Shown in pieces: positions 29,904 to 39,914 of a stretch of 64,000 nt of DNA. How positions within the stretch are numbered: the first letter of the stretch is position 1; each line of letters opens with the position of its first letter. The stretch lies in IMG/VR virus record IMGVR_UViG_3300017991_000048, positions 186,001 through 250,000 of that record; one strand, written 5' to 3'. The notes beneath the pieces were generated by a model that saw nothing but the letters and a program-made list of their open reading frames with translations, was not told the origin of the DNA and searched no databases. The translations under genes and the position numbers were made by a program.

Positions 29904-32063
29904 TTAGAAGATCAGCTTAAAAGCAGTCGCGAAAGGCCCCACATCAGGTGCCACATACGCCAAGCCAATACCGCCCGTGTAACCCCCTGGACCACTTGGA
30001 GGAGGAGTCCCACCCGCATTATCAATAAGGGAGATCCACTCATTAACATCCCCACTCGTCTCAGGTACGCTGAGAATGTAAAAGCCTACGGATAGGCTGA
30101 GGACAAAATCCAGGATGGAGATCAGATAAGCCAGGAACTTTTCTAGGGTGTCAATCTTCCTTATAATGAGGTCGATGAACGCCTTAATTTCATCAATTAC
30201 GCCTTTATAGGCATCCAAAAGAGCCTGCATCTTAGCCAACAAATCATACAGAAGTTGCCCTGACCAAGGCACAATATCCCGCAAAAGGCTAAGCTGAATC
30301 CAGTCCGGGGGTGTCCCGCCCAACGTGAAGGACTTACAGAAGTTCACAGCCGCCAATATATTATCTCGAACATCAGCGTTTCCAAAAACATTACCGTACA
30401 GCACTCCCGCTTGGTGAACCTCTCCGCTGATATCTAACACACCAGGGTCTTGGGGCGTTGTAATTTCAAATACAAGCTCTGAGATTGTAGTGGCCGTCAA
30501 ACCTTCAACACTAGGGGTTCCCTCAGGATATGGACCTTCCATAAGTGTTTTGAAAGCCACAGCATTGTTGGCATCCAACATCGCTCCAGAGACGATTATG
30601 GACAGACGTGCAGAATTTCTTTGAACAAGCGAGTTGTTCCAGGGAAGTTCTGGTAGCCGCCCTGTGACCGGACTGGGCTGGAAAATGGTCGTTACATCAA
30701 TGGCCGAACCCGCCACCTCTTCCCCTACCAGCGGTATAGCCTCAAAGGATGAAAGAGGTCCGGATAACGAGGTAAGAGAACCTTTCCCGATATCTACATC
30801 CTCGATAGGTTCGTCGGGTCTAGGTAGGTGGAAATTCAGGGAAAAAGCCGACTGAAACAACCGGTTGAGATTTTCAATGACGTCGAAATCTGCCGGGTAA
30901 GTGGGTATGCGTATAGGGATCACCGGAGAGGGTTTACCCATGACCGGAGCGTCGTTAGGGTCAGTACCGGGCCACTTTATATACTCCGTGGAATCTACTA
31001 CATTAGTTTCTGGGGGTTTAAAGTTTACAGTCGTGCCTGTAACGTCCAAGTTTCCACTGTATGCACGGACCCTATAGAAATAGGTCTTGTCTAACTCCAC
31101 ATCGTTGTCAATATACCGGTACGTCCCAAGCTGACCCAAAATGAATGTAGATGTGTTTGTAGTAGCATCGATGACAATGTACTTCTGAAACTTGAAAAAC
31201 GGGTCGCCGTATTGGTCAACCAACTTAACCTTACGCTTTATGGTTTCTCCGGGTTGACCACGAGACTCAAACTCTGTGGGAATAACGGCAGTAACTTGCC
31301 CCGCTGCGTCGGCATCCCCTAGTTCTGTTACATCAACTTCTCCGACTGCCGGGTTGAGTTCGCTCTTCTCGATTAGAAATCTTGGTGGTATGAACTGCGT
31401 TGCTATCGCTCCAAATAAATCAGAGAAACCAGGATCGCCCGGAACGGTACTAGGGGGTAAAGCCCACTCAACCACCACAGACTCAGGTTGGTCTTGGAAA
31501 AGTTGTACGACGGAAAGAACAGGATCACCGTCATCGCCAAGGGGCAACACCTTGAAATTGGCAGGCGGCAGATACTGAGGGGTCAGGAACTCCTTGCCAA
31601 AGAAATCAAGTAAGACCTGGAGCAACCGCATCAGACCCAAAGGGCCTTCCGCGTCCGCCACAATAAGAGTGAAGCCACTCTTACTTAACCCTGGAACCGG
31701 TTGGGGTCGATTTGGATCTCTGGAGTCGAATAGCCCTGCTTTGAACCGTGTCGTAAAAGCCGGGAAACCTCCAACAAAACGGTTGAAATTGGGGTCTACT
31801 GAAGGGTCCGGGATATCGAACCAACCATAGATTCCCGTCTTTTGCAAAGTTTCAAACAGTTGTTGAATCAGTGCTATCAACGCTTCGACAAGCGCTTTGA
31901 TCGGGTTACCGAAATCTATAAGAAAGACTTTTACAGTTTCCAGAATGGTCTTGAGAACCTCCAAAAAGACCATCAAGGTCTCCAGGATGTTCCTTGCCTT
32001 TTCCAGTAACTCTTGGCCTGGAAGTTTGATCGAAAAGGATTCCCAGTCTGGATTTGCTGCCAT
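29904..32063 (-). CDS. structural protein with terminal amphipathic helices and a central FN3-like segment
   Basis: Leu/Ile-rich N- and C-terminal helices; TYFYRVRAYSG. Confidence 0.5.
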   Translation of the reverse strand: MAANPDWESFSIKLPGQELLEKARNILETLMVFLEVLKTILETVKVFLIDFGNPIKALVEALIALIQQLFETLQKTGIYGWFDIPDPSVDPNFNRFVGGFPAFTTRFKAGLFDSRDPNRPQPVPGLSKSGFTLIVADAEGPLGLMRLLQVLLDFFGKEFLTPQYLPPANFKVLPLGDDGDPVLSVVQLFQDQPESVVVEWALPPSTVPGDPGFSDLFGAIATQFIPPRFLIEKSELNPAVGEVDVTELGDADAAGQVTAVIPTEFESRGQPGETIKRKVKLVDQYGDPFFKFQKYIVIDATTNTSTFILGQLGTYRYIDNDVELDKTYFYRVRAYSGNLDVTGTTVNFKPPETNVVDSTEYIKWPGTDPNDAPVMGKPSPVIPIRIPTYPADFDVIENLNRLFQSAFSLNFHLPRPDEPIEDVDIGKGSLTSLSGPLSSFEAIPLVGEEVAGSAIDVTTIFQPSPVTGRLPELPWNNSLVQRNSARLSIIVSGAMLDANNAVAFKTLMEGPYPEGTPSVEGLTATTISELVFEITTPQDPGVLDISGEVHQAGVLYGNVFGNADVRDNILAAVNFCKSFTLGGTPPDWIQLSLLRDIVPWSGQLLYDLLAKMQALLDAYKGVIDEIKAFIDLIIRKIDTLEKFLAYLISILDFVLSLSVGFYILSVPETSGDVNEWISLIDNAGGTPPPSGPGGYTGGIGLAYVAPDVGPFATAFKLIF

Positions 32064-32231
32064 CTAACTACCGTACTGAAGCTTTTCCAGCTTCCGTTTT
32101 AGACCTGAAATCTCCGCTTTGGTTGCAGCGATCGCAAGTTCACATACTTCTTTCATTCGTTTATTGATTTCGAAATCCCGTTTTTCCCATTCGGGTTGGG
32201 GTTTCTCTTCTTGCTCTTTCTCTTCTTGCAT
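32064..32231 (-). CDS. small coiled-coil protein (55 aa)
   Basis: MQEEKEQEEKPQPEWEKRDFEINKRMKEVCELAIAATKAEISGLKRKLEKLQYGS*. TAATG overlap upstream; its TAG abuts the next ATG. Confidence 0.65.
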   Translation of the reverse strand: MQEEKEQEEKPQPEWEKRDFEINKRMKEVCELAIAATKAEISGLKRKLEKLQYGS

Positions 32232-35200
32232 TAGCTTTCCTCAACAGCTAGTAGTTTGATTAGCTGATTGTAAAAATCCTCTTGGGCCTGAACCCGGTTT
32301 TCTTCCGCTGTAGCTTGCTGTACGATCAAACCGCTCTTCAAGTTGATTCTCGTATCTATCCACGCATATCGACCATCATAGAACTTATCCGTATTAGCCA
32401 AGACGTCCTCAACAGTTATAACATCCGCTGGTAAGGTGTTGTTTATACGGTCGTCCACAAGAACATCTCTGGCATCTAAGTCGGAGGTCAAAGTTCCACG
32501 TGCGAACGTGTCTGGGTCCGGGGCTCCTAATCGAATGACGGGAACCGACGTTGTAATAAGAGTCTGAAAAGCTGCGGCACTATTAATCAACGCCTGGATA
32601 CTCTGGTAGATAGCAAAAAGTGCCTGTGCTGTTTCTCTGGATGCTCCAAACAAACTCACAATCCGATATGACATTCCCACTTGAGTGGCAGGAAAGACCG
32701 GATCAACCTTTAACTGTGTCTCGGAAATGACGTCCGTGATTTGATAGACATTGGCGTTGGCCCCTGTCTCAACGTACACACAGTACGCTAATGATACCCC
32801 TGAGGTAATAAAGGTTCCATTGACGTCATCAAGCTCCGGTTGTGTAGCTGTAGTTTGACCAGTGGCACTCGTAAAGACGTCCGTAAAAACTTGATTGAGA
32901 AAGTCTAAAATATAGGTCTGTTCATCTGGATAAAGGGCCAACTGGCCTGATAAAGCATCGTCTAACGCCTTCAGGTAATCGCCAGAAGAGCCGCCGTAAG
33001 TAGCTAACGAGTCATCAATTCGATAAGAACCACCCAGTAAAGACGGCATGGCGGGGTCTAAAGTCAGATCAGTGTTGCTCAGAACAGCGACAATCTGGCG
33101 GCGTACTCCAACATTCAAACCCCCTGTCATAACCACCGTGTACCCGACTTTTGCAGTAGTTAAAAATGAGGCACCAGCGTCATTGAGTGTTATGGGGTCT
33201 GGGAACGCCGCCACGCCTGTTACTGTCGAAGCACTGACAGCAATTTCATATGTAAAGTTAAAGTCTTGAACGGGGAAAGGCGTATCGACCGTGATTGTGT
33301 TGGGAGTGACAGCGGTAACCCGCACAAACGGCGACGGTCCATTCGGCCCTGTAAGGATGCGAACCAAATCGTGTACTTCTGGTAATGGGGGAGGGTAAGC
33401 CCCCAATAGATCTGTAATGGTGGTTCTGGCCGGGTCGAGATCTCCCTGGCTTACAAGAGGGGGTGTTGTTATACTACGTAAGATCCCCGTAGGATTGTGT
33501 ATAATCAAATCCTCTGTAAGCAGATAGCCATTTGATTCACTGTTAGGGTCTGGAGATTGGATGGGGAAACTCAAATCTCCGTCATCATCTGCGACACCAC
33601 CGTAGAGGGCTGGAAACTTATCAGGTGCGGTCAAAGTATTGACCAAATTAATGACACCCGAAAGAGCTTGTTCCTTTATCAAAGGCGTATTCGAAAGTGC
33701 TGCAATCGCTTCAATATAAACAATCTGTCCGGTCTTGCTGTTGAAAGCGTAATCCCTACCAAAAAGATAATAGGTTAGATTATCCGGGTCGCCTGGAGTG
33801 GAGGTATCAATTGGTGACCTGTATATAGTTGTTCCCACATCTGCAACGTCTGCCAACCCGGTGATAGTAAGAGCGTCTGGTAATCCAGGACCGCCCGGTG
33901 TGATCCCTGTGACGGTAACTGGCGAAGACGAGTCATTTATAAAAGTACCGTCTCGTCGTCTAACAAGACATTCCATACCCGTTTGAAAAGGTGGCCGCGC
34001 AAAATCTTGACTCCCTTCCGCCTCATCCACCACAAGAGTGCCCGAACCCGAATATACCGTGGATTCAACTACAGTTGCCCAAGCCAATCTTGTGTGCAAC
34101 CGCAACACTGTCGTAATGTCCGTAGAACCTGTATCTAGTACTTCATCTCCGGTTTCTGTATCATCCGTAACCGCTGAAACTCCGTAAAAGGCTTTTGAGG
34201 TGGGGTAAAAACGGCTCAAAGAGCCTGAGATGTAATATTTCTGGTAAGTACCAATAGACGTAACTTCAAATGGCGGGTACGTTATTTCATAAGGAGCCGG
34301 GGATATTTGAATAGCGTCATCTATCTGGTTGGCAGCCAAGACTCTGTATTTCCCATCCGTGGCTGGCGGAGGGGCCGGTAATGGAGGGGCCAAAGTGAGG
34401 GTTAGAGAGGTGGGCACCCCTACGATCTCTCGCTTTTCATACTTATTTGCCCCACTCAAAACCTCAAGAGTTCGTCCGATCAAATCAGTTGTAAACTCTG
34501 CGTCAATATCGAGTAGGGTCGTATTGTTTGGAAATGTGCCTTTACCAGAAGGATTGACAATGCCCGTAGTCCCGTCAAATAGCAACTCCCCGTCATTGTT
34601 GCCAACCACTCGACCATCAAGAGCCCTCAGATAAGCCTCAAGCAAGTTAACACTATCGTTATAAAAGAGAAGAGTTGACCGTGCTATAATATCCTGATTG
34701 GCAAGATGCTTTTCGTCAAAGTATAATGAGGGGCGTCCCTGTTCATACAACTGAGGCTGTGACGCATTTGAAGTTTGTGGTCCGGAAGATCCGCTACTCG
34801 CTTCTGCCGATATCTCCTGAGCGTACTCCGCCCGGAAGTTGGTCATTGTCTCTACCCGGTAATAGAAAGTATCGGAGGACAAGATGTAATAATCGGCACG
34901 TAATATTTGACCGGCCAGTCCATTAAGAGTGTTTGGAACGACTTGATGAGTATACGATGCCCGTAAGTTTATACCTGTCTCATATACTTGACGCCCCGTG
35001 TAGAAGATGGAGAACTCTTCACTTGGGCCAAGAGCTTCCGCAAAAACAACTCGCCCGGACTCATCGATTGTGAACTCCAAAGGAGCGCTGAGAATGACCC
35101 CCGGTTCATTTTCAACTCGCCTATAAACAACATAAGGTTCTGTCAAAACCGGGTCTTGACTTGTTTTGACCTCTACTGTGGGCGGCTCAAATACAGGCCG

Positions 35201-38200
35201 CACTGAGTACATTAGTATCTGAGAACCCGATATATATTGGCGAAGCGCGTTCGCGGTCATTGTAACCGTTGTCCGATCCATATCAGGATCATAATCTGCA
35301 CCGGACACTTGCAAAAAGTCTGTAAAAGAAGAGGTTCCGTCTGTAAACATCAAGACGGTGCCGGTGCGGTAAGCTAAAGTCCGATCCCCAGAAACAAAAA
35401 ATGAGTTACTACCCCGTGCGACAGCTTCATAAGCTTGGAGTTCCACAGTGAAATACGCCGGGACTAACGGAGCGCTTACAATTGGAGTTACGCCAGAGGT
35501 AGTATAGAGCGTCGGATCGTTGTAAGAATTCTGAAACTCCTGGTTTCCATAAAGTGTGACTGTTGTCTCATCCGTGGTCGGGTTATAGACAGAACTCCCG
35601 ATAAGATAGATTTCTTCATTCTCTATACGAAGCAAATAGTCAGGTGGAAAGCTAGCCGTATGATCCCCATGCACTGTGAACTCATTATTAGGATTCCCAG
35701 TGTCGTCCAACTCACTGATATTGACTTCCGACGTTAGAATAGGTGGATTAAGTACCGTGATCGTCTTTTCGCCACCCACAGCTTGAGTCACATGGTAATC
35801 TATATAAACTCGTTCACTCGGTTCCACCGTTGCCCCATGAGGCAAAGCGTCTGTAATTTGATCATCAGCCAAAAAGGTGATGGTAGATGCCGTTGTATCA
35901 ACCGTACATTGAACGCCAAGCTCTTGAGGACGACCCCCTCTGAAAACCGCTGGCACCGGATCATCGGCCACGTCTAACCCGGCGATGTTAAAACTCAATG
36001 TAGAGGTCGGAAGTGGGTGATCTTGAGTAACCTCTTTCCGAATCAAAAACGTGCCATACTCCTGAACAGGCGGATCAGGGGATGTCGGAGGGTCCGTTGA
36101 GGGCGGTTGTGTTGTATACGTGACCAGTATCTCTTCCAGCGATAGCATCCGATCCGTGAACTGGATCAAGCCAAGCCCCGCTGACATTGTATAGTCAACT
36201 TTAGGGACCAACTCTCGCATCCAAAATACTTCCAGCCCTAGATCTGCCGTTGAGAAGTTCAGATTACCGGTAGCTTCGCTTATCTCTACTGTTCCAGCAG
36301 GAGGACTCGTAAAGTCTCCGTCTGTCGGCACCAAAACAACCGTCGCAAAATAAGCAGCGGAAGCAGCCCCAAACCGAAAACCTGAAGACGTGATGTAAAT
36401 TACAGGTATATTTAAACGAGGGGCATTGGTCGCAGTTCCAATGGACCGGAGCCGCTCAACCTTGGTTGAGGGGTCGGGGAGGGTCAATTCATCGAAGTAA
36501 CGGTCTGCAAGGATTTCCCGACTTCGCCTGACGTTATAAATAGCACCCACAACAGGAGCCGGGGCCGGTACATCCGTCTCTAACTCTGTCGGAGAAACAA
36601 CATTGACGACCGTATAAACGCCTTCAGCAGCGCTGGAAGCCACTTCTATCAAGTACCCAGGCTGCACTCCAACAGCTACAAAGTCCGCTGCCGGGTCCAC
36701 AAACGCAGTACCTGAGAACGCGGCAATTCCTTCGGCTACAATCTGACCATGGTTATTGATCAAAGAAACAACACCGGGGATTGGATCAAAGAGAGCGGAA
36801 TCCCCAAGCACCAGGGGTGTGTAAGTTCCAGTTCCCGGTCCGGTTTCAATCTCAAGGACAAGATTACTGGACAGTACCAACGGGTCCGGTAATGCAACGT
36901 CAGAAGAAGGCTGGACCAGCGGAACCAAAAGCTGGTTCTTACGCTGAGCAAAGTACAAAGTCCGCTCATCAAAATCTATATAATAACCAAGTCCCACCGG
37001 AGGTGAAGCTACGTCGAGTCGAGGAAAAGGGTCGGCTGTATATGTTCCGGTTCCCTGCTCGACCCGAACCACAAGCGGGTAAGTCGTAGCGTCATCGATA
37101 GGGGTAGACGGTAAAAATACTTGAGGGCTTTCGATTATAGGGTCAGCCCATGTCGCATTTTCAACGGAATAGATTGCCGTAACGTCCTTGAGTTCCAGAG
37201 AAGCGTCAAGATTCACAGGAGTACGTAAGAGCCTTACTGAAATCCCGCGCTCAATCGGAAGGTCGCCAAACACAACCGTTACAGTTTCACCGGAATGCCT
37301 GGATTGGTCTGAGTTTGAAAACTTAACATCACCAGTTACCGGGTCAACCTGGACCACACCGGTCTTTCCTGAGTTGAACAAAGCAGCCGGTATATAGCTG
37401 AACCGGGGGAACTGGTAGTAAGGTGTGGCATTAGGGAGTGAGAAAATCAGGTCCACGCCTTCAGGCGGTAACCCCGTTATGGCCGATGGTGTTGCGATAT
37501 CCCCCAAATTCTGCCGGGGCAGAGTCAAGTCCCTGGCAAAAAGAACACCGTCATAATAAACCGGAACGTCTGTGTAGGTAGTTATGTCTGTCGCATTGAA
37601 GTTCAACCGGCCTGTGTCCAAAGCCCACTGAACCGTTCCCTGCGGTGGTGGGGTAAAAGAAGACTCGTTTGGAACCTCAACGGTTGTAAGGTATAGGCTG
37701 AAGCCAAACCGTAAGAGTGGGTATTGCCCGGTCCCTGGTATCGGGTTCAATAACACTACCGTGTCATTCGGCACCCCTACGCTTCCGCCGTCTCTGAACC
37801 CAAAAAACTGCTGTTGCTGCCAACGGACAAGTTGACCGGAGTAGGTAATCAAATCCGTGTCGTGCCAATTCAAGTGCCCTGTTTGCAAAGACAATTCAGC
37901 GGTTCCTGATGGGACAGCCGCTGGCGGACTGAAATCGGTATCAAGGGCTACAATTGTTACAGTCCAGGCTGTACCGCTGCCTGTTGACCCCACTGAGAGC
38001 CGGTAAGGAGACGCCGCCACGGGAGCCGTTGGGTCAGGGGCACGGGCGACAAACCGGTTTGTATTGGCATCTACCGTGAGCAGTCCCAACTCAGTGACAG
38101 CGTTACCGGGTAGGGGCCGAAAACGACCAGCCTCAGCTTCGTAGTCAAACCGCTGTGTGATCTCATTTTTGGTCCAACCGAACTCTGCATTCACCAACAA

Positions 38201-38392
38201 ACCGGCTTGAGGCGTTCCCTCAGAGGTGAGTAAGACCAGATAATCGTTTCGAGGTTCCGATTCATCGGACGGGTAAGCAGCATCAAAAGCCACCTGATTT
38301 GAGATATAATTATCTGGCGTCTGCGTATAAGGCGAGTTGGCCTGACCTACGCGAATTGGCTCCAAAACATATCCGCTGATTTGAAACGCCAT
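32231..38392 (-). CDS. very large virion structural protein (2053 aa)
   Basis: Repeated GTV...TGxLNF units and about five D-x-x-A-x-F...G-x-N...I-x-x-V units; lies in the baseplate operon. Confidence 0.65.
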   Translation of the reverse strand: MAFQISGYVLEPIRVGQANSPYTQTPDNYISNQVAFDAAYPSDESEPRNDYLVLLTSEGTPQAGLLVNAEFGWTKNEITQRFDYEAEAGRFRPLPGNAVTELGLLTVDANTNRFVARAPDPTAPVAASPYRLSVGSTGSGTAWTVTIVALDTDFSPPAAVPSGTAELSLQTGHLNWHDTDLITYSGQLVRWQQQQFFGFRDGGSVGVPNDTVVLLNPIPGTGQYPLLRFGFSLYLTTVEVPNESSFTPPPQGTVQWALDTGRLNFNATDITTYTDVPVYYDGVLFARDLTLPRQNLGDIATPSAITGLPPEGVDLIFSLPNATPYYQFPRFSYIPAALFNSGKTGVVQVDPVTGDVKFSNSDQSRHSGETVTVVFGDLPIERGISVRLLRTPVNLDASLELKDVTAIYSVENATWADPIIESPQVFLPSTPIDDATTYPLVVRVEQGTGTYTADPFPRLDVASPPVGLGYYIDFDERTLYFAQRKNQLLVPLVQPSSDVALPDPLVLSSNLVLEIETGPGTGTYTPLVLGDSALFDPIPGVVSLINNHGQIVAEGIAAFSGTAFVDPAADFVAVGVQPGYLIEVASSAAEGVYTVVNVVSPTELETDVPAPAPVVGAIYNVRRSREILADRYFDELTLPDPSTKVERLRSIGTATNAPRLNIPVIYITSSGFRFGAASAAYFATVVLVPTDGDFTSPPAGTVEISEATGNLNFSTADLGLEVFWMRELVPKVDYTMSAGLGLIQFTDRMLSLEEILVTYTTQPPSTDPPTSPDPPVQEYGTFLIRKEVTQDHPLPTSTLSFNIAGLDVADDPVPAVFRGGRPQELGVQCTVDTTASTITFLADDQITDALPHGATVEPSERVYIDYHVTQAVGGEKTITVLNPPILTSEVNISELDDTGNPNNEFTVHGDHTASFPPDYLLRIENEEIYLIGSSVYNPTTDETTVTLYGNQEFQNSYNDPTLYTTSGVTPIVSAPLVPAYFTVELQAYEAVARGSNSFFVSGDRTLAYRTGTVLMFTDGTSSFTDFLQVSGADYDPDMDRTTVTMTANALRQYISGSQILMYSVRPVFEPPTVEVKTSQDPVLTEPYVVYRRVENEPGVILSAPLEFTIDESGRVVFAEALGPSEEFSIFYTGRQVYETGINLRASYTHQVVPNTLNGLAGQILRADYYILSSDTFYYRVETMTNFRAEYAQEISAEASSGSSGPQTSNASQPQLYEQGRPSLYFDEKHLANQDIIARSTLLFYNDSVNLLEAYLRALDGRVVGNNDGELLFDGTTGIVNPSGKGTFPNNTTLLDIDAEFTTDLIGRTLEVLSGANKYEKREIVGVPTSLTLTLAPPLPAPPPATDGKYRVLAANQIDDAIQISPAPYEITYPPFEVTSIGTYQKYYISGSLSRFYPTSKAFYGVSAVTDDTETGDEVLDTGSTDITTVLRLHTRLAWATVVESTVYSGSGTLVVDEAEGSQDFARPPFQTGMECLVRRRDGTFINDSSSPVTVTGITPGGPGLPDALTITGLADVADVGTTIYRSPIDTSTPGDPDNLTYYLFGRDYAFNSKTGQIVYIEAIAALSNTPLIKEQALSGVINLVNTLTAPDKFPALYGGVADDDGDLSFPIQSPDPNSESNGYLLTEDLIIHNPTGILRSITTPPLVSQGDLDPARTTITDLLGAYPPPLPEVHDLVRILTGPNGPSPFVRVTAVTPNTITVDTPFPVQDFNFTYEIAVSASTVTGVAAFPDPITLNDAGASFLTTAKVGYTVVMTGGLNVGVRRQIVAVLSNTDLTLDPAMPSLLGGSYRIDDSLATYGGSSGDYLKALDDALSGQLALYPDEQTYILDFLNQVFTDVFTSATGQTTATQPELDDVNGTFITSGVSLAYCVYVETGANANVYQITDVISETQLKVDPVFPATQVGMSYRIVSLFGASRETAQALFAIYQSIQALINSAAAFQTLITTSVPVIRLGAPDPDTFARGTLTSDLDARDVLVDDRINNTLPADVITVEDVLANTDKFYDGRYAWIDTRINLKSGLIVQQATAEENRVQAQEDFYNQLIKLLAVEES

Positions 38393-38970
38393 TAAATCAC
38401 ACTCCCAAAGCCGACTCCCGCACCACCAGCAGGAGACACCGCGCCCACAATAGGAACAGGTTGAGTGAAAGCTGTAAAAGTTATATCCAAAGCCATACCA
38501 ATAGCTGTTGCCGTTTTAACAGGGCCGTCACCTGACATCCCTACTGACGAAAGCCCCTGAATCATCATAGGGACCGCTGTTCCTCCTATAATACGGGCTA
38601 CACCTGAGCCGGTGCCGATTACCGGGTGATTCGTCTGTAAAAGTGCCAACGCAGTCCATCCTGTGACAAGGCCATTTGTAAGGCCGGTAATCACCGTTGG
38701 AGCCATTGGCCCCATAATGTTCATTGATGCATAACCAGAAAATAGAGATGCCCTCAAAAGTGGCGGCGGCACAAACACAGGAATGATACTCGTGCCTACT
38801 CCCAAAGTACCAACGTCAGCCGTTATTACCTTGGCAGCGGTCAAAAAGTATTGACACACACCAATTGCCACCCCCAAGGCAAACTTCGGCACTCCAGGCC
38901 CAACATTACCTGTGGCAAGCAAATTCGGGGCAATAAACCCTGTAGCAAGTGCCGGTGGATTAAGAGGCAT
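38392..38970 (-). CDS. hydrophobic Gly/Ala-rich spike-associated protein
   Basis: 192 aa, nearly uncharged; next structural gene after the spike. Confidence 0.5.
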   Translation of the reverse strand: MPLNPPALATGFIAPNLLATGNVGPGVPKFALGVAIGVCQYFLTAAKVITADVGTLGVGTSIIPVFVPPPLLRASLFSGYASMNIMGPMAPTVITGLTNGLVTGWTALALLQTNHPVIGTGSGVARIIGGTAVPMMIQGLSSVGMSGDGPVKTATAIGMALDITFTAFTQPVPIVGAVSPAGGAGVGFGSVI

Positions 38971-39478
38971 TAGGCGAGTGGCTCCTGAGAAAAGCGGCCC
39001 ACCTACGAAATAGAGACGGGTCAGTGCAATTGTTTTTCATTGTGTTAGCAAGAAAACTGATCACAGCAATATTACCAGGGACATACCCTAACTGTGGATT
39101 AACACGGTCTAGTGACATAGACTGTGGGACGGCTTTACCAACACCAACCTCAAACGGTTGGCGGGTAATCGGACAACACCGGTCTTTTGGAACGGCCCTT
39201 CTTATATCCTCAACGCTAATTTCGAATGGAAGCCCTTTCTTACGTGCTCGTAGACGTGCTCCTTGAAACATTGCGGACTCAATATTACGCACATACTTGG
39301 CCCTGTCTTGGGCCTTGGCTTTTTCCGAAGACTCTAAACGTTGTTGCTTACCATATTCAGTAGCACGTGCCCTCAGTTTATCTGCGTTTACTGCGTAATA
39401 ACGTTTCCAATAAGCTGCACTTTTTTTGCGTTGTTGTTCAGCCTCTTCCACAGTTAAATCTGAGAGTTTTTTAGTCAT
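38960..39478 (-). CDS. HNH-like (His-Me finger) putative homing endonuclease
   Basis: CPIT...SLDRVNPQLGYVPGNIAVISFLANTMKN, preceded by a basic helical N-terminus. Confidence 0.75.
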   Translation of the reverse strand: MTKKLSDLTVEEAEQQRKKSAAYWKRYYAVNADKLRARATEYGKQQRLESSEKAKAQDRAKYVRNIESAMFQGARLRARKKGLPFEISVEDIRRAVPKDRCCPITRQPFEVGVGKAVPQSMSLDRVNPQLGYVPGNIAVISFLANTMKNNCTDPSLFRRWAAFLRSHSPNAS

Positions 39479-39912
39479 ACCCCCTCCATATAATCAACCA
39501 ATCTGTCAAAAACTTCGGGGTCAGCACAACTTTGTTTAATAGTATTGGCCAACCTGCTAACTACTACGACATTGCCAGGGACATACCCCAACGATGGAAT
39601 AATTTTATCCAAAGTCATTGATTGAGGCTGCGGCTTTCCTCTTCCACGCTTAAATGGCAAAAGAGTAATTGGACAAATCTCTGGAATAATTTGTCGCACA
39701 TATTCTACCGTTAACGTGAAAGGCAAACTGTTTCGTTTGGCTCGTTGTTTGGCCAGCTTAAATAACAAGCGCTCAGGTGAGGCTTCTAAAATAAGCCGCT
39801 CTTTTTTACGTATCTCCTCTCTGTGTGTTTGTCTATACTTTCTAGCATAAGCTTGCAACTCACTCGCATGAGAATCGTAATAAGTCCGATTATATTTTTT
39901 ACGATCTAACAC
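39475..39912 (-). CDS. HNH-like putative homing endonuclease, paralog of 38960..39478
   Basis: CPIT...TLDKIIPSLGYVPGNVVVVSRLANTIKQ. GTG 39912 lies just after the spike stop (track start 39939). Confidence 0.7.
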   Translation of the reverse strand: MLDRKKYNRTYYDSHASELQAYARKYRQTHREEIRKKERLILEASPERLLFKLAKQRAKRNSLPFTLTVEYVRQIIPEICPITLLPFKRGRGKPQPQSMTLDKIIPSLGYVPGNVVVVSRLANTIKQSCADPEVFDRLVDYMEGV

Positions 39913-39914
39913 TA

